Shown: positions 13,445 to 25,920 of the stretch, in pieces
Numbering within the stretch: the first letter of the stretch is position 1
How the letters are laid out: each line of letters opens with the position of its first letter
DNA from: Rotaria sp.
Lineage: Eukaryota
Direction of reading: 5' to 3'
Assembly (NCBI GenBank): GCA_905250055.1
Contig: CAJNOF010000004.1
Coordinates: forward strand, 951,250 to 1,015,249
Length of the DNA: 64,000 bases
Notes under the pieces: generated by a model
What the model was told of the DNA's origin: nothing
The model's database searches: none
The model's input: the letters and a program-made list of their open reading frames with translations, nothing else
Made by a program: the position numbers and the translations under genes

Positions 13445-14083
13445 CTATTTACAGTATAACCTCTCTAATGTGAGCACTATGGGGACCGGTCAAAAGTGCT
13501 CACTTTAAGGAGGTGCTTATTATTGGGAGGTTTTTAAATCCTTCATGAAGAGTCTGAATATTCACCCGAAAACACTTTTCGAATGTGCAGTGATATTGTA
13601 CTTCTTTTCAATAATTTATTTATTCAAATAATAATTTCTTTTCTAAGATAACAACTTTTTACAACACCAAAACTAAGTTTTTCTAAATAGAGGTAAATCG
13701 ACACATGGTGACATTATTTGATGTTAGCGACTATTATTACAAAAATGAGGACATGTCACACCAAACAACATTAATTATACTAAGTAATTTTCTTCTTCTA
13801 ATTACGTCCGATTAGTCTATGTCGGTCAAATATGTGTCCTTTGTTTATTTTTAATAAAGCAGACGACATAAAATCATTTATATGTCAGTTACAAAACACA
13901 TTGCTCATATTATAGAGGTTGTTATTGCTCGTAGGACCAATACAATGCGCTCATTAACAGAATGAGGAGATGCTCACAATTGAGAGACTCATTTCCAGCA
14001 AAATTTACTCGGGCGGCCCACAGAGCGCTCAGTATAAGGAGTTGCTCATTAGTGGGAGGTGCTCACATATAGAGGTTATACTG
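13445..14083. mobile_element. MITE-like element (~640 bp) with ~28-bp imperfect terminal inverted repeats
   Basis: 5' end tacagtataacctctctaatgtgagcac and 3' end gtgctcacatatagaggttatactgta are reverse complements with 2-3 mismatches. Internal sub-repeats include gtgctcac, ggaggtgct and gggaggt. No ORF. Confidence 0.5.
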
Positions 14084-15282
14084 TATTTTTTTTCAGAAAT
14101 AAAGAATTAAATTAAAACTCCTATACATTTAAATTTCATAATTATAAAAAAATTGTTAATTAATATAATTTCCATTATAGTGACGTCTTGATAGAACGAA
14201 ATCATCTTCATTAGACATGATACACAGATGTAAAAAAAAGGTTTTTTTCTAACAAAATGTTCTTTTTTCTTTCTTTATTTTGTATATGTTACCATATTTA
14301 ACGTTTGATAGTGGGATCGAGGAAGAAGATAAACAGCCCATTTCTTCTATCAGTATCATCGTTTTGTTGTCTTTCTATCATATGTTTTATGTTATAACAT
14401 ATCAAAAAGAACGAAAAAGTATTTAAAAACGGTTTTCTAGTAAATGAAGTAGTTTTTCTTTCTTTCAAAAGCTGCCATTTATCTCAAAATCAACTATTTG
14501 TATAAGATAGAATCATTGAATTTTCAAATTCAATTGAAATATACAAACTATCGAAAAATAGCTTGAAGACATTATATGAATCTAAAAAATAAATGACTTC
14601 TCGTAACCATAATTCATTTAAAACAGAGATATGATCGTATAGGTTTTATTAACGATGCTAAAATATAAAGTAGATCAGTGTTTTTTTGAATAACTTTCGA
14701 TAGGAACATCATAGAGACTTGCAATTTTCAGCATGTCCGAGAGAAGACTCGAAGCCATCGAAATATATCAAAGTTTGATGGATCAATCGGTTACTAATCA
14801 AATTTCAATGGCTCTAAGTTCCCTCTCTTGAATGGTCAAAACCACATGTCTTTGAAATGTTCCTATCAAGAGTCATTCAGAAACATGGACCTGTCTTATA
14901 TTTTGGCTTTGATAATAGTCTTAATACTTTACAATCAGATTGATCATGTTTATTCATGCCTTTTTATAGTTATCTTTGTTTCTTGATGTACTACCGTTAG
15001 TTGAGTCTGAACATTAGCATTTTTCTGTAAGTAAAATCGTTACTAAATAATATTCTAACTATGAAATCTATTAAAATTTCACATAATCAATAAACTAGGC
15101 TTCTTTCATATGAAAAATATCAATTATTTTATTCCAAATAAGTCCTGAAAACAAAAGCTAGTCTTCTAAACAGAAATTTTCATGTCAATTATTATATTAA
15201 TCGGTTTATTTTATTGATTATTCGAAGATTTCAAAAACAAAAATGGACGGAAAAGAATTGTGATTAATGAAAATAAAATTCA

Positions 15283-15715
15283 GATATTTGTTTTATCTTT
15301 AATTTGTGTTTCCAGATCATTTATCATAAAAGCAATTGGATCAGCTGGTCGATTAAGTACGATTTTTGTTGTCAAGGCCTAAAAAATATGAAGACTAACA
15401 GATAAATATTTAAGTTAAAAATAAAAAACCTACTTTAAGTAAGTCATATAATCCATGTTGCATCATATATTTATCAGCTAGAATATTTGGATCTTCATTT
15501 TGTATTGTTTTTTGTAAAATAGTATCAATTTCTTCATCAGTTGCTTCTTGCTGTTCTCCATTTGCATTCAGAGTTATTAAGCCAAGCATTTGTAAACGTT
15601 TACGTTGTTCAGAATGTAAATTATTTATATCAGTTTTCTCTTTTTTTGATTCAATAAAACGATCATTATGTAATGATTTTACATTTGACCATTCAGTCTT
15701 CTGTTCATCTGACAT
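15283..15715 (-). CDS. Small protein with a C-terminal RIIa/DPY-30-like dimerisation-docking helix pair (2 exons)
   Basis: Exon 1 15434-15715 (MSDEQKTEWSNVKS...DEEIDTILQKTIQNEDPNILADKYMMQHGLYDLLK, donor gtaggt). Exon 2 15283-15378 (ALTTKIVLNRPADPIAFMINDLETQIKDKTNI, TGA stop). The C-terminal ~45 aa resemble RIIa/DPY-30/MYCBP-type docking domains (hydrophobic heptads, conserved Pro). The start lies 106 bp downstream of the HINT stop. Confidence 0.45.
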
Positions 15716-15821
15716 TTCAAAAATCTAAAATAACGCTATGTCTAATAATATCAATACTAATACAAAAAAATGAAATTTAGTTTTTTGTTTTATTCCAAAA
15801 AGAAAAGAAAAAGTTTATTAG

Positions 15822-16485
<664 letters not shown>

Positions 16486-16587
16486 TTAGACTAAATTTGT
16501 CTACAATACAAACAGATTAAATACAGTTCATAATCAATGAAATGAGAAAACTTTATTTATTTGAAAGAACAAAAAAAAAATAAATGT

Positions 16588-17160
16588 TTAAACAGATGAT
16601 TGACGATAATTTTTTGTTTGTAAAATCTTAACACCACACATTACGCAAATACCCAATTTATAAGCACAACCTATATAAAACAAAAATTAATCAATAGCAA
16701 TCAGTAGAATTAAAGACAGACCTTGACAATAAGTACTTCCTGGTTGATGAATTGTACCTTTACAAACTTTACATTTACTAAATTTTGTTGTATATGGACT
16801 GTATCTTTAATAAAAATTAATCTTATTCAATTAAAAAACAATATTAAAGAAGAAAAAAAAAACAAACCGAGTAGATTTTCCTGATAATAATTTATTTTCA
16901 TTTAATTTTCTTCCACCACTTTCTACAAAATAAATATTAAAAAAAAAAAGAAATAAATAAATCTAAAATTCATACCAACTGTATTACGAGAACCACCTAT
17001 AAAAAAATTTATTTATTTTTATTCTTTAAAATATACAAACATACTTTTCCATATTTCTTGTGTTGCAACAGTACCTACTTTTTTCTTACCTAAAAATAAA
17101 TCATTAGTTCTTTCTTTGTTTTTAATTTTATCTATAAAACTTACAATTATCACAAACCAT
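16588..17160 (-). CDS. CRIPT: CRIPT (cysteine-rich PDZ-binding protein), 4 exons
   Basis: Exon 1 MVCDN|C (start 17160), then KKKVGTVATQEIWK, ESGGRKLNENKLLSGKSTR, YSPYTTKFSKCKVCKGTIHQPGSTYCQG and CAYKLGICVMCGVKILQTKNYRQSSV*. This is collinear with human CRIPT (MVCEKCEKKLGTVITPDTWK...FSTCRICKSSVHQPGSHYCQGCAYKKGICAMCGKKVLDTKNYKQTSV), including the C-terminal -SSV PDZ-binding tail. Confidence 0.85.
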
Positions 17161-17245
17161 GATAATTTATTATTATTATTATTATTATTATCTAGAACAA
17201 AAAAAAAAACCACATATATATATTTATTTATATTGATAAATCTAT

Positions 17246-17900
17246 CTAATCAGCTAATGGATTTGCATGTATAGTAACATGTTGTATTCGAACATCTGTT
17301 TCTGGACGGTAATTTTTTTCATTAACTGGTAATTTTTCTAATTCATCAAGTGTTTCAAAGCCATCAATAACTTTACCAAATACAGTATATTTGCCATCAA
17401 GATTTGGTTGTTTTCCATACGTTATAAAAAATTGTGAACCATTAGTATTTGCACCTCGACTTGCCATAGAAACAATACCACGTTGACTATGCTAAATAAA
17501 TATTTTACTGAATGAAAACAGATGAAATAAGAATTCAAATTTTACTTTTAAATTTTGATTGATTTCATCCTAAAATAGAAGAAAAATATTCATAGATAAA
17601 TAAATGAAATTATACAAATTAATAACATTACTGGAAAGTATTCACCCCAAATACTTTGACCACCTTTGCCCGTTCCAGATGGATCACCAGTTTGAATCAT
17701 ATAACCTTTAACATTTCGATGAAAAAGACAATTATCATAGTAATTACTTGCACATAATGCTAGAAAATTCTAAATTTATTTTAATACAATAAGATATTTT
17801 ATATATTGATTTTGAGACTTACTTCACATGCTTTTGGACATTGATCACAATAAAGTTCGATTTTAATGTCACCTAAATCAGTATGTAAAGTAACTGACAT
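17246..17900 (-). CDS. PPIL3: Cyclophilin-type peptidyl-prolyl cis-trans isomerase, PPIL3-like, 3+ exons
   Basis: Exon 1 [26 protein letters not shown] (start 17900). Middle exon [42 protein letters not shown]. Last exon [81 protein letters not shown], near-identical in blocks to human PPIL3. Confidence 0.85.
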
Positions 17901-18046
17901 CTACAAATCAAGAGCATCAAGAAACATAAAATAATCTTGTAGATTTTAGAGGAAAAAAAAAACGATTTTCTGTATAATCATCATTTAGCGTGAATAGGCA
18001 AAAAAAATATTTTACAATAATTTTACACATCATATTCTATTGTTCA

Positions 18047-21000
18047 TATTGATTCGGAATCTGTATTAATAGATACTGGATTATTTTCCATCTCATCTTT
18101 CTTTTGTCGACGATATTCACAGTGAAAAAATAAAATGAAACAAATGACTAGAATAACCGAAAATATTGCCAAGATATACACAGGAACTACAAAATAAAAA
18201 ATTTTGAAACATCTTCTATAAAATATATATATTTAAAATACCAGAATAATCTCGAATATCATTAATTTTTATATCTTGAGCTTCACATTGTTGAATACTC
18301 ATTTGATGAGCTGATGGTGTACGCGAAAAATTTGGTAAAATAATAATAGCAATAATGCTTCCCAATTGACTAAATAAAATCGAAATTTGTTATTTATATA
18401 AACAAAAACACTAGATTTCTTTATGACTTACCTGGCAACCAAAAAAATACCTGAAACAGTAGCTTCTGGTACTGGATGAGTTCTAAAATAATTGACAATT
18501 ATATCATTTTATGAAAGTCAAAACATTGATACACCTACGTTTCAATACTTAGATCCAGACTTAATGGAAGTACTGGTGCATTAGTTAAACCAGCTAGAGC
18601 AAATATAAAATAAAGCCAATAAGATTTTACTTCGTTGACGATGAACTACTTGTCAATAAAATCAATAAAAATTTTGTAAATTAATTTTTCATTTTCTACT
18701 TACTAATCCAATACAGAGCAGTGAAATAACTCCAATAGAATATAAAATTTTTGCTAGTTCTTCTAATTTTTTTGTTTTATCCGCTATAATTCCCATAACA
18801 ATACATCCAATGAGACCAAATATAATAAAACAACCAATACATAAACCTACAGCTATATCATTATAACCAAATGGACACATTATTTGTTGTAATAATGTTG
18901 AAAGTGTGTTGTTATTTGATAAACCAATGCCAACAGTAAAAAATAAGATTAAATATGATTTTGATGTTAAAAGCTAAATAGAAATCAACGAAAATCTCTT
19001 TGTTGTTTTCAATCAAAAACAAAACAAAATCCTACTTTTTTAAAAACTAATTTATATGGACTTTTTACATCTAGAGAAGATAAACATGATGGTGTTGGTG
19101 GTTGTGATGATCGAACCGTCAATGATAAAAATGCTGCAAGAATAGCTGGTATCAATGATAGATAGAGCTAAATAAAATCAATTTGAATAAAAAAACATCA
19201 TTAAAACTAAAGTGGATCACAAAAGTTTAAGACATTTTTTTGTTTCGGTGTTTTCTACGAAATGAAAGAAAATAAATCATATATTTTGATTGCCATATAA
19301 AGCTAGAGTTAAGATTTACGCAAAAGATATATTCCTGACCTAATTGATTGTAGCATGAAGAAAAAGAGGGATACTTCAAATTTTCCATAGTAGATAACAG
19401 TTTAAGATACTTTTAGTATTCTGTTGATTATATCGTTATGGAAAAATAGAGACAATTCTCAAAAATATACCATTAGATGCAGAATTGAATGAGCGATATA
19501 TTAATACGGAAAGCTTTCTAAATTATTAATTACTAACTAAGAAAATGTTTTCTTTTCTAAGTTTTGATGTTCTAGTTTCATATTAGAAAGAGCATTGAAA
19601 ACTGAATAACATTATGTACTTTTGTTTTGAAATAATTCTTTATAACAAGACTTTTTTATATACTAATTAAAATTTAAGTAGTTTCCTAATAATAATGATA
19701 AGAAAAGTGAACTGTAAGCATAGACTTGAGAACTGTAAAAAATAGTGCATTTTGTAGAGCCAATTTTGTTTGACCTAATGAAATACTCTACCTTTCTATG
19801 CAATGTGCTCCTCATGGGATATAGCACTCGATAAATACTAAGCTATGGTGTAAGAAAAAAAAATGGTTGAAAATCATCGTTAATATTAGTGAACAAAGAT
19901 GAAACAGTTGTCTCAGATGATGAATGTTAGGGTCGTTCGGGTTGATCTTGGTCCGAAAATTTTGGAACAGACAGATTTTAATGGACAAGGTCTATGTTTA
20001 GAACTCATTAAACAAAATTATACAGTATTATTCAATTTTCAATGCTCTTTCTAATAAAATACTTGAAGATCAAGATTTATAAAAAAAACATTTCTCTAGT
20101 CTGTAATTAATAATATTAGATTATTACAACTATAATCGTTTGATATCAAATTTAGGTTGACAAATGGTGTATTCAATTACTTCTCCTGAAACGAATTTTT
20201 ATTATTTCACCATTACATTTGAATGTTTGCTAGAAGACATTATAAATTATAGAATGGTGTCATATAACTAACAGATTATTGAATTGAATTTATGAAAGTT
20301 TGAAAGAAAATATGCATACAAAATAAACTGTAACATAAGCTTTTCAAATTTATATATTTTATATAGATGATAATATGTTTGTAGAGGAAAGTAATATCTT
20401 TAATATCTATCAAGCAGTCAAAGAATCAAGTCTAAATGTGTTTTTTTCTGATATTTGTATGCAATAAAAATTATTGAATATTATCATTTTCTTCTTTTTT
20501 TTTATCGACTTCTTCGTGATTCTTTGCTTTTTTATTATGATCTATAAATTCCTTGAACAAAGGATAATCATTAATCAGCTGTCTCAGCATCTATGAGAAA
20601 ATACACTTCCTTCTTTGACCATCTCACTTATTACTCGTCATGTTTAGCAGCATCCTTAATGAACATTCAGTTTGAAAATCAATTTTTATTTCTTTTATAA
20701 TGATGCGAATAAGAACAATTAAATAAATTGCTATTTACAGACAATAGTTCAATATTCAAACAAGAAAAATATAAATGCGTAATATTGATATGAAAAAATC
20801 AAGATAAGATAAGTGTCACGACTGCATGAGTCATCGCTTCTATTTAGTGATAATTGTCACCTTTTAAAATAAGGCTAATTCTATCGGATTCGGGCTTCTA
20901 TATGACCGTAGTCATAATATAGAATAAATATGTTTTCTTGCTTACAAGAAAATAGAAAAGAGCCAAAAAAAGAATCGAAAATTTATTACACTTAAACGTA

Positions 21001-22130
21001 GACTATTCAATTCTTTTTCTAATGATATACTTTTAACAATTGTCTCTATTTTTCGATATCAATATAATCACCAACATACTGAAAGTATCGTAAACCTTTG
21101 CGTGCTAGAGAAAAATTAAAGTTCATGCTACTATCCGTTAGATCTAGTATGGGTACGTTACATAAACATTGACTCCAACTTTATATAGCAATCAAAATAT
21201 ATGATTCACCTCATTTCTTTCCATAGAAAACATCGAAGTAAAAGATGTCTTAAACTTTTGTAGCCTACTTTAAATAGAAAATACTAACTAATAAAGGCAT
21301 TTTATCTTCACGTGGAACAATAATTGGTGGTAGAACAGTTCCAAGAAAAACACCCAGAAAATTAGCTGAAAAAAAAAGTTCACACATCATAATATAAATT
21401 TTATATTTTTTTTTCTTACCTGCAAAACAAAGACTAGTTGCTAAAGTTCGTTGACTTTCTGGAAACCACGAAAAAGCAAATTTCGCTGGAATAAATAATG
21501 TAAATGTTTGCGCAAATGCACAAATAAATTGTCCTATTTGAATTAAAATCAATATTACAAAATAAAGTACTAGAAAATATGTATCTAAAATTAAAAAAAA
21601 AATTTACTTACCGACAAAAACAATTGGATATCGACTTTTAACTGATACAAATCCCCATGTACTTATGACACGAAAACATCCACCAATTAAGTTCATCCAA
21701 ACACCAGTTAAAATCTAAATAAAAAAAAAAATAATTCTCATATCTTAGTTTAATTTCTTTTTGAAGACTTACTCCAAATCGAATACCAAATTGATCAATA
21801 GCCCATGTTGATGGTATCGTAAAAATACTACAAACTACCATAAATATAAGCGAAAGCCAATTAATATCTGCATATGAAACATTAAAATAATTTTTTGCTA
21901 AATTAGCAATTGAAGCAAAATTAATCCATAACTACAACAAAACATATTTTTACAATAGGGAAAAAAGATACAAACTAAAATCTTACAATAGCATTTGACA
22001 TATTGGCTAAACATATACATACTAAATAAAGCCATCGTCGTCTGTAGACTTTAAATTCAGTCGGTGTCTCCTCTACTGTAGATGAAGAAGAAATTTCATT
22101 AGTAATAGCGCCGTACATCTAGAAATTGCA
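18047..22130 (-). CDS. MFS transporter of the FLVCR (feline leukemia virus subgroup C receptor / heme-choline transporter) family, copy A, ~13 exons
   Basis: Exons include MYGAITNEISSSSTVEETPTEFKVYRRRWLYLVCMCLANMSNAI (start 22130), DFASIANLAKNYFNVSYADINWLSLIFMVVCSIFTIPSTWAIDQFGIRFGVSL, GQFICAFAQTFTLFIPAKFAFSWFPESQRTLATSLCFAG, ANFLGVFLGTVLPPIIVPREDKMPLL, a ~2.1 kb intron, then LYLSLIPAILAAFLSLTVRSSQPPTPSC.., ..MCPFGYNDIAVGLCIGCFIIFGLIGCIVMGIIADKTKKLEE.., and a last exon ending TDSESI* at 18047. The blocks align to FLVCR1 ([67 protein letters not shown]). Confidence 0.75.
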
Positions 22131-22195
22131 CAATCAGAATGAAATAATATTAATATGTTCTTTTTTTTCTGTTTCGCAATTCTATCATTAGAAAA
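22131..22195. promoter_or_regulatory. Extremely short divergent (head-to-head) intergenic/5' region shared by the FLVCR-like gene (-) and the NMNAT-kinase ORF (+)
   Basis: The minus-strand ATG of the MFS gene is at 22130. The first plus-strand ATG of the fusion ORF is at 22155, and a more plausible ATG-ATG-GAT start at 22196. Either the core promoters overlap within under 70 bp or the 5' UTRs overlap. Confidence 0.3.
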
Positions 22196-23684
22196 TATGA
22201 TGGATACTAGTAAACTATTCTTGCCTTTATCAGATACAAAAAAGAATATTGTATTATTACTTAATGGTTGTTTCAATCCAATACATAATAATCACATTCG
22301 TTTACTAGAACTAGCCCGAGAACATTTAAATTCATTAAATATTTATCATGTTATTGGTGGTTATATTTCACCAGCTCATGATGCTGGTATTCTAAGAAAA
22401 TTATCTGTTCTTTATACAACATGGCAAAATCGTCTTGATATGTGTCGTTTAGCTGTTCATAATTCATCATGGATTATGGTTGATGAATGGCAAATATCTC
22501 AAGAGAAAAATTATGGTGCACAACAATCTAAACAACATTTAAGTGATTTTCTAAAAAAAATTAATCCTTCAATTCAAGTTGTATCTATTTGTGGTGGTGA
22601 TGCATTACCAAAAATGAAAGTAACATTTAAAAAAGAACTTGTTATGTGTATAATTAATCGACCAATTGATGATTTTGATTTTAATGAATGGTTTCAATCA
22701 TCAACAATAAAACCTTATCATAATAATATTATTGTTCTATATGATAATGATTGTATAAAAACTATGAGTAGTAGTTATATTCGTCAACAAATAAGTAAAA
22801 ATTTTTATGATACTCTTATTGACGTTCTTCATCCATCAGTACTTGATTATCATCAGGAACATAGTATTAATTATCGTTCATCAGATGAAACAATTCTTTG
22901 GTCAGATTTTGATGATAATGAAACTATTGAACTTGGTCAAGGTCGATGTGCTACTGTTTATGCTAAACAATATAAAAATCAACAAGTTGCTGTTAAAGTT
23001 ATTCGTGAACGTAAACAGTTTATAAATGAATCAAAAGTTTTAATATTATTAGCTAATGATACGTCTTATCATACAAATATTATTCGAATATATGGTATAG
23101 GTGATCAATTTTGTGTTATGGAAAAATGTGATATTGATCTTCTTTCATACATTAAATTAAATCGAACATCAATAAATCAAACATTACAAACCATTTTTCC
23201 AAATCAACAATGGTTTCAATTAATTGAACAAATGCTTTCTGGTTTTGTTCATCTTATTTCACTTGGAATTCTTCATCGTGATATAAAAACAGATAATATT
23301 CTTTTATTAAATATGATTGTTAAAATATCAGATTTTAGTGTATCAATTAATCAAAATTCAATAATTAAAATGCCATTAAGAGGATCCATACGTCATTATG
23401 CACCAGAAGCTATTGAAGATAAAAAAATTTATACAGAAAAAGCTGATGTTTATATGTTTGGATGTTTACTTTATGAAATAGTTCATGGTGGTGAACGTAT
23501 TTGGAGTGAAAAATCTATATCTACTGTTGTTCAAAAACGTTCAAATGGTGAAAAGCCAATATTTTCTGTACAATCTGAACCATGGTATATTGATATGGTG
23601 GTGCATGATTGTTGGGCAATGAATCCTAATCAACGATCAACATTTGAACAATTACTACAAAAAACTCGTTTGAAAAAATTATAA
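22155..23684 (+). CDS. Single-exon fusion protein: N-terminal NMNAT-like nucleotidyltransferase domain + C-terminal protein kinase domain (509 aa)
   Basis: Residues ~30-215 form the NMNAT domain: LLLNGCFNPIHNNHIRLLELA (GxFxPxH..H nucleotidyltransferase motif), VIGGYISPAHDA, WIMVDEWQ, ICGGDALPKM and SSSYIRQQI (the ISSTxIR motif). Residues ~250-505 form the kinase domain: G-loop GQGRCATVY, VAVKVI (Lys), HRDIKTDNILL (catalytic loop), DFS (in place of DFG), APE, DVYMFGCLLYEI and a conserved Arg in NPNQRSTF. No stop and no intron-like interruption across 1530 nt. Confidence 0.8.
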   Translation: MFFFFCFAILSLENMMDTSKLFLPLSDTKKNIVLLLNGCFNPIHNNHIRLLELAREHLNSLNIYHVIGGYISPAHDAGILRKLSVLYTTWQNRLDMCRLAVHNSSWIMVDEWQISQEKNYGAQQSKQHLSDFLKKINPSIQVVSICGGDALPKMKVTFKKELVMCIINRPIDDFDFNEWFQSSTIKPYHNNIIVLYDNDCIKTMSSSYIRQQISKNFYDTLIDVLHPSVLDYHQEHSINYRSSDETILWSDFDDNETIELGQGRCATVYAKQYKNQQVAVKVIRERKQFINESKVLILLANDTSYHTNIIRIYGIGDQFCVMEKCDIDLLSYIKLNRTSINQTLQTIFPNQQWFQLIEQMLSGFVHLISLGILHRDIKTDNILLLNMIVKISDFSVSINQNSIIKMPLRGSIRHYAPEAIEDKKIYTEKADVYMFGCLLYEIVHGGERIWSEKSISTVVQKRSNGEKPIFSVQSEPWYIDMVVHDCWAMNPNQRSTFEQLLQKTRLKKL

Positions 23685-25920
23685 GAAAAGAATCAGATGA
23701 GAACTATGACGCACCAATGACAAATTATTGCATACTAAAAAGACAAATATTTAGTGACATCTTTCGTCAGTAACCCATTATAAATTTTTCTTATTAAAAT
23801 AAAAACTTCAGTAAAATTTTTCAGAAGAATTTACATAGAAGATATTTTTCAATTCACTAGAAAAAAACGTATACGCAACGAAAATAAATGAAAAAGATAT
23901 TCATGACTGTTAACCGTCGATTCCAATTTCAATACCGATTCACTCAATTAAATCATATGAAAATCTCTCAATGAAAATTGAATCAGTGATTTGCTAATGG
24001 TCTGATATGGTTTTTTTTCACCCATCACCTAATAATTCGAAGACAATCATCTTGATTTATTCTTTTGTGCAGTGATGGATTTAGGACGAAAGAGCGACAC
24101 AATGCGCATTTTTCCAGTAGAAGGTGGACATGGACTTCCATGCTCAGATATGATTGGATATGACTTAGAGAAGCATTTTTAAGAAAGAAAAACATTTTTT
24201 GGAAAAAGATGCTTTTCGACAAAACCTTTTGCGTTATATATTATTCGACGCAGTTTAAATCTCCTCATTCCGAATATAATATTTTTGTCAATAAGATATT
24301 TTTCTAAAGCTAGACAACTATCTTAAAAAACTGGGTTTTTTGAAAACCTACTGTGCAGTTCAGGGATATATGCACTAACCTTAACTAGAGACATTTGATA
24401 GAAGAACATTCTAAGAAAAGTTGGAATAGTTTAGAAGCTAAATGTGAGTAGGTTGCTCATTTCACGAGACTAATCGTTCGAATGACACTGGGAAATAAAT
24501 ACTTTTTTCTCAGAAGTTAGACAAAACTGTTTACTTTTGTTATATGTCAATTTTGCTGGTGATATTACGACTTTCAGAGTAAATTTTTGGAGAACTAGAC
24601 TTTTAGTTTATTTGACAGTTATGAGAAAGTTATTCATACCATTAGATAAACTATAGATCTATGTATATTTCCCTATATTTAAATGTTGAACAAGTGCGAT
24701 TTTCCAAGTTAGCCATATGTTCGCCTAAATGTATAATATGGGATGAAGGGAACTCAGGATGATCAATTCTTCATTTTGAAGTATTTTTTCGTTTTTTTCA
24801 GCAGAAAATGCTTAGAAATGAGCCGATACGACCCCTAATTTGACTTAGAAACACGTTTTTTGTGACTTTGATCGCTTTCATTTATGAAAATCCTAGATAC
24901 ATCACTACTTTCATGCATATTTGCTCAATCCTTCGATAAATTCTACGAGCATGATTTCATATTCTTTGTAAGTTTGTTTTATTTCCAGGATTTTCCAAAG
25001 AAAACAAAAGTTTTTGAACGAAGATTTTGTTTCACGCGCATATTTTTCTGTGTTAAAATGACACTTAAATCAATAAACTTTGCTATAGATTTGGTCCTTC
25101 TTGAACTTTCCAGGACATAAGAATTTGCTATAAACTAAACATGATCATTTAAGATCTCCATCGAGTTCGACGATACCAATATTATTCGAAACTACGATTC
25201 CGGTTCGGCTTTCAAAATATCACGTAGAACCAAAATCGTTATATCATCAAATAGATACGAAAATTTTAATTATTTCTTGTTTGACAAAGTTGCACTAGTG
25301 AACTGTTGAGATTAAAGACGAACTGTTTCAATACTTAAACAAAAGAATATTTTGTATATATACTGAAATCTTCAGTCTTAAGAATGAAAAAATGAAGATT
25401 TTTTGACATAGGTTTAAGGACTTTTATATCTAACTGATGATTAAGCGGTTTCATATCGGTTCATATTTCCAGGTTTTTTCGAACTCCTGAGTTTTACTAC
25501 CATCTGTCATGATGAACGCCTAAGCCACAACACTCCTCTATCACAAATGGTGACAGATAGTGTAAACAGTCGAATTGAAGATAGTTGTCCTTCGTTCTTC
25601 TTTTATGCTGACTGTAATATAAAAGGATTATAACCTTTTGTCATCGAAATGTATTATACTAGTAGTTAGGAATGCAGCAAAAACGGAACTCATATTGATG
25701 AATTCTTGTTTTGACAATGTTAGCAATTCTATCGTATTTCACATTTTTATCTCGCACGGATTGCACTAACAGCCTTTTAAACATTTTCTTAAAATAAATT
25801 GTGTGTATAATATTAATGAAAACAGACTTTTCGATATCGATTCAAACATCATTATGATTGAAAATATTATTCATAGTAGTCAAGAAGTATTTCGATATAT
25901 CAATATCCGAATGTTACGTG

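Noticed and set aside
22807-23025. ORFs nested in other frames of the NMNAT-kinase ORF
   Set aside because: They are alternative-frame artefacts inside a well-supported ORF.
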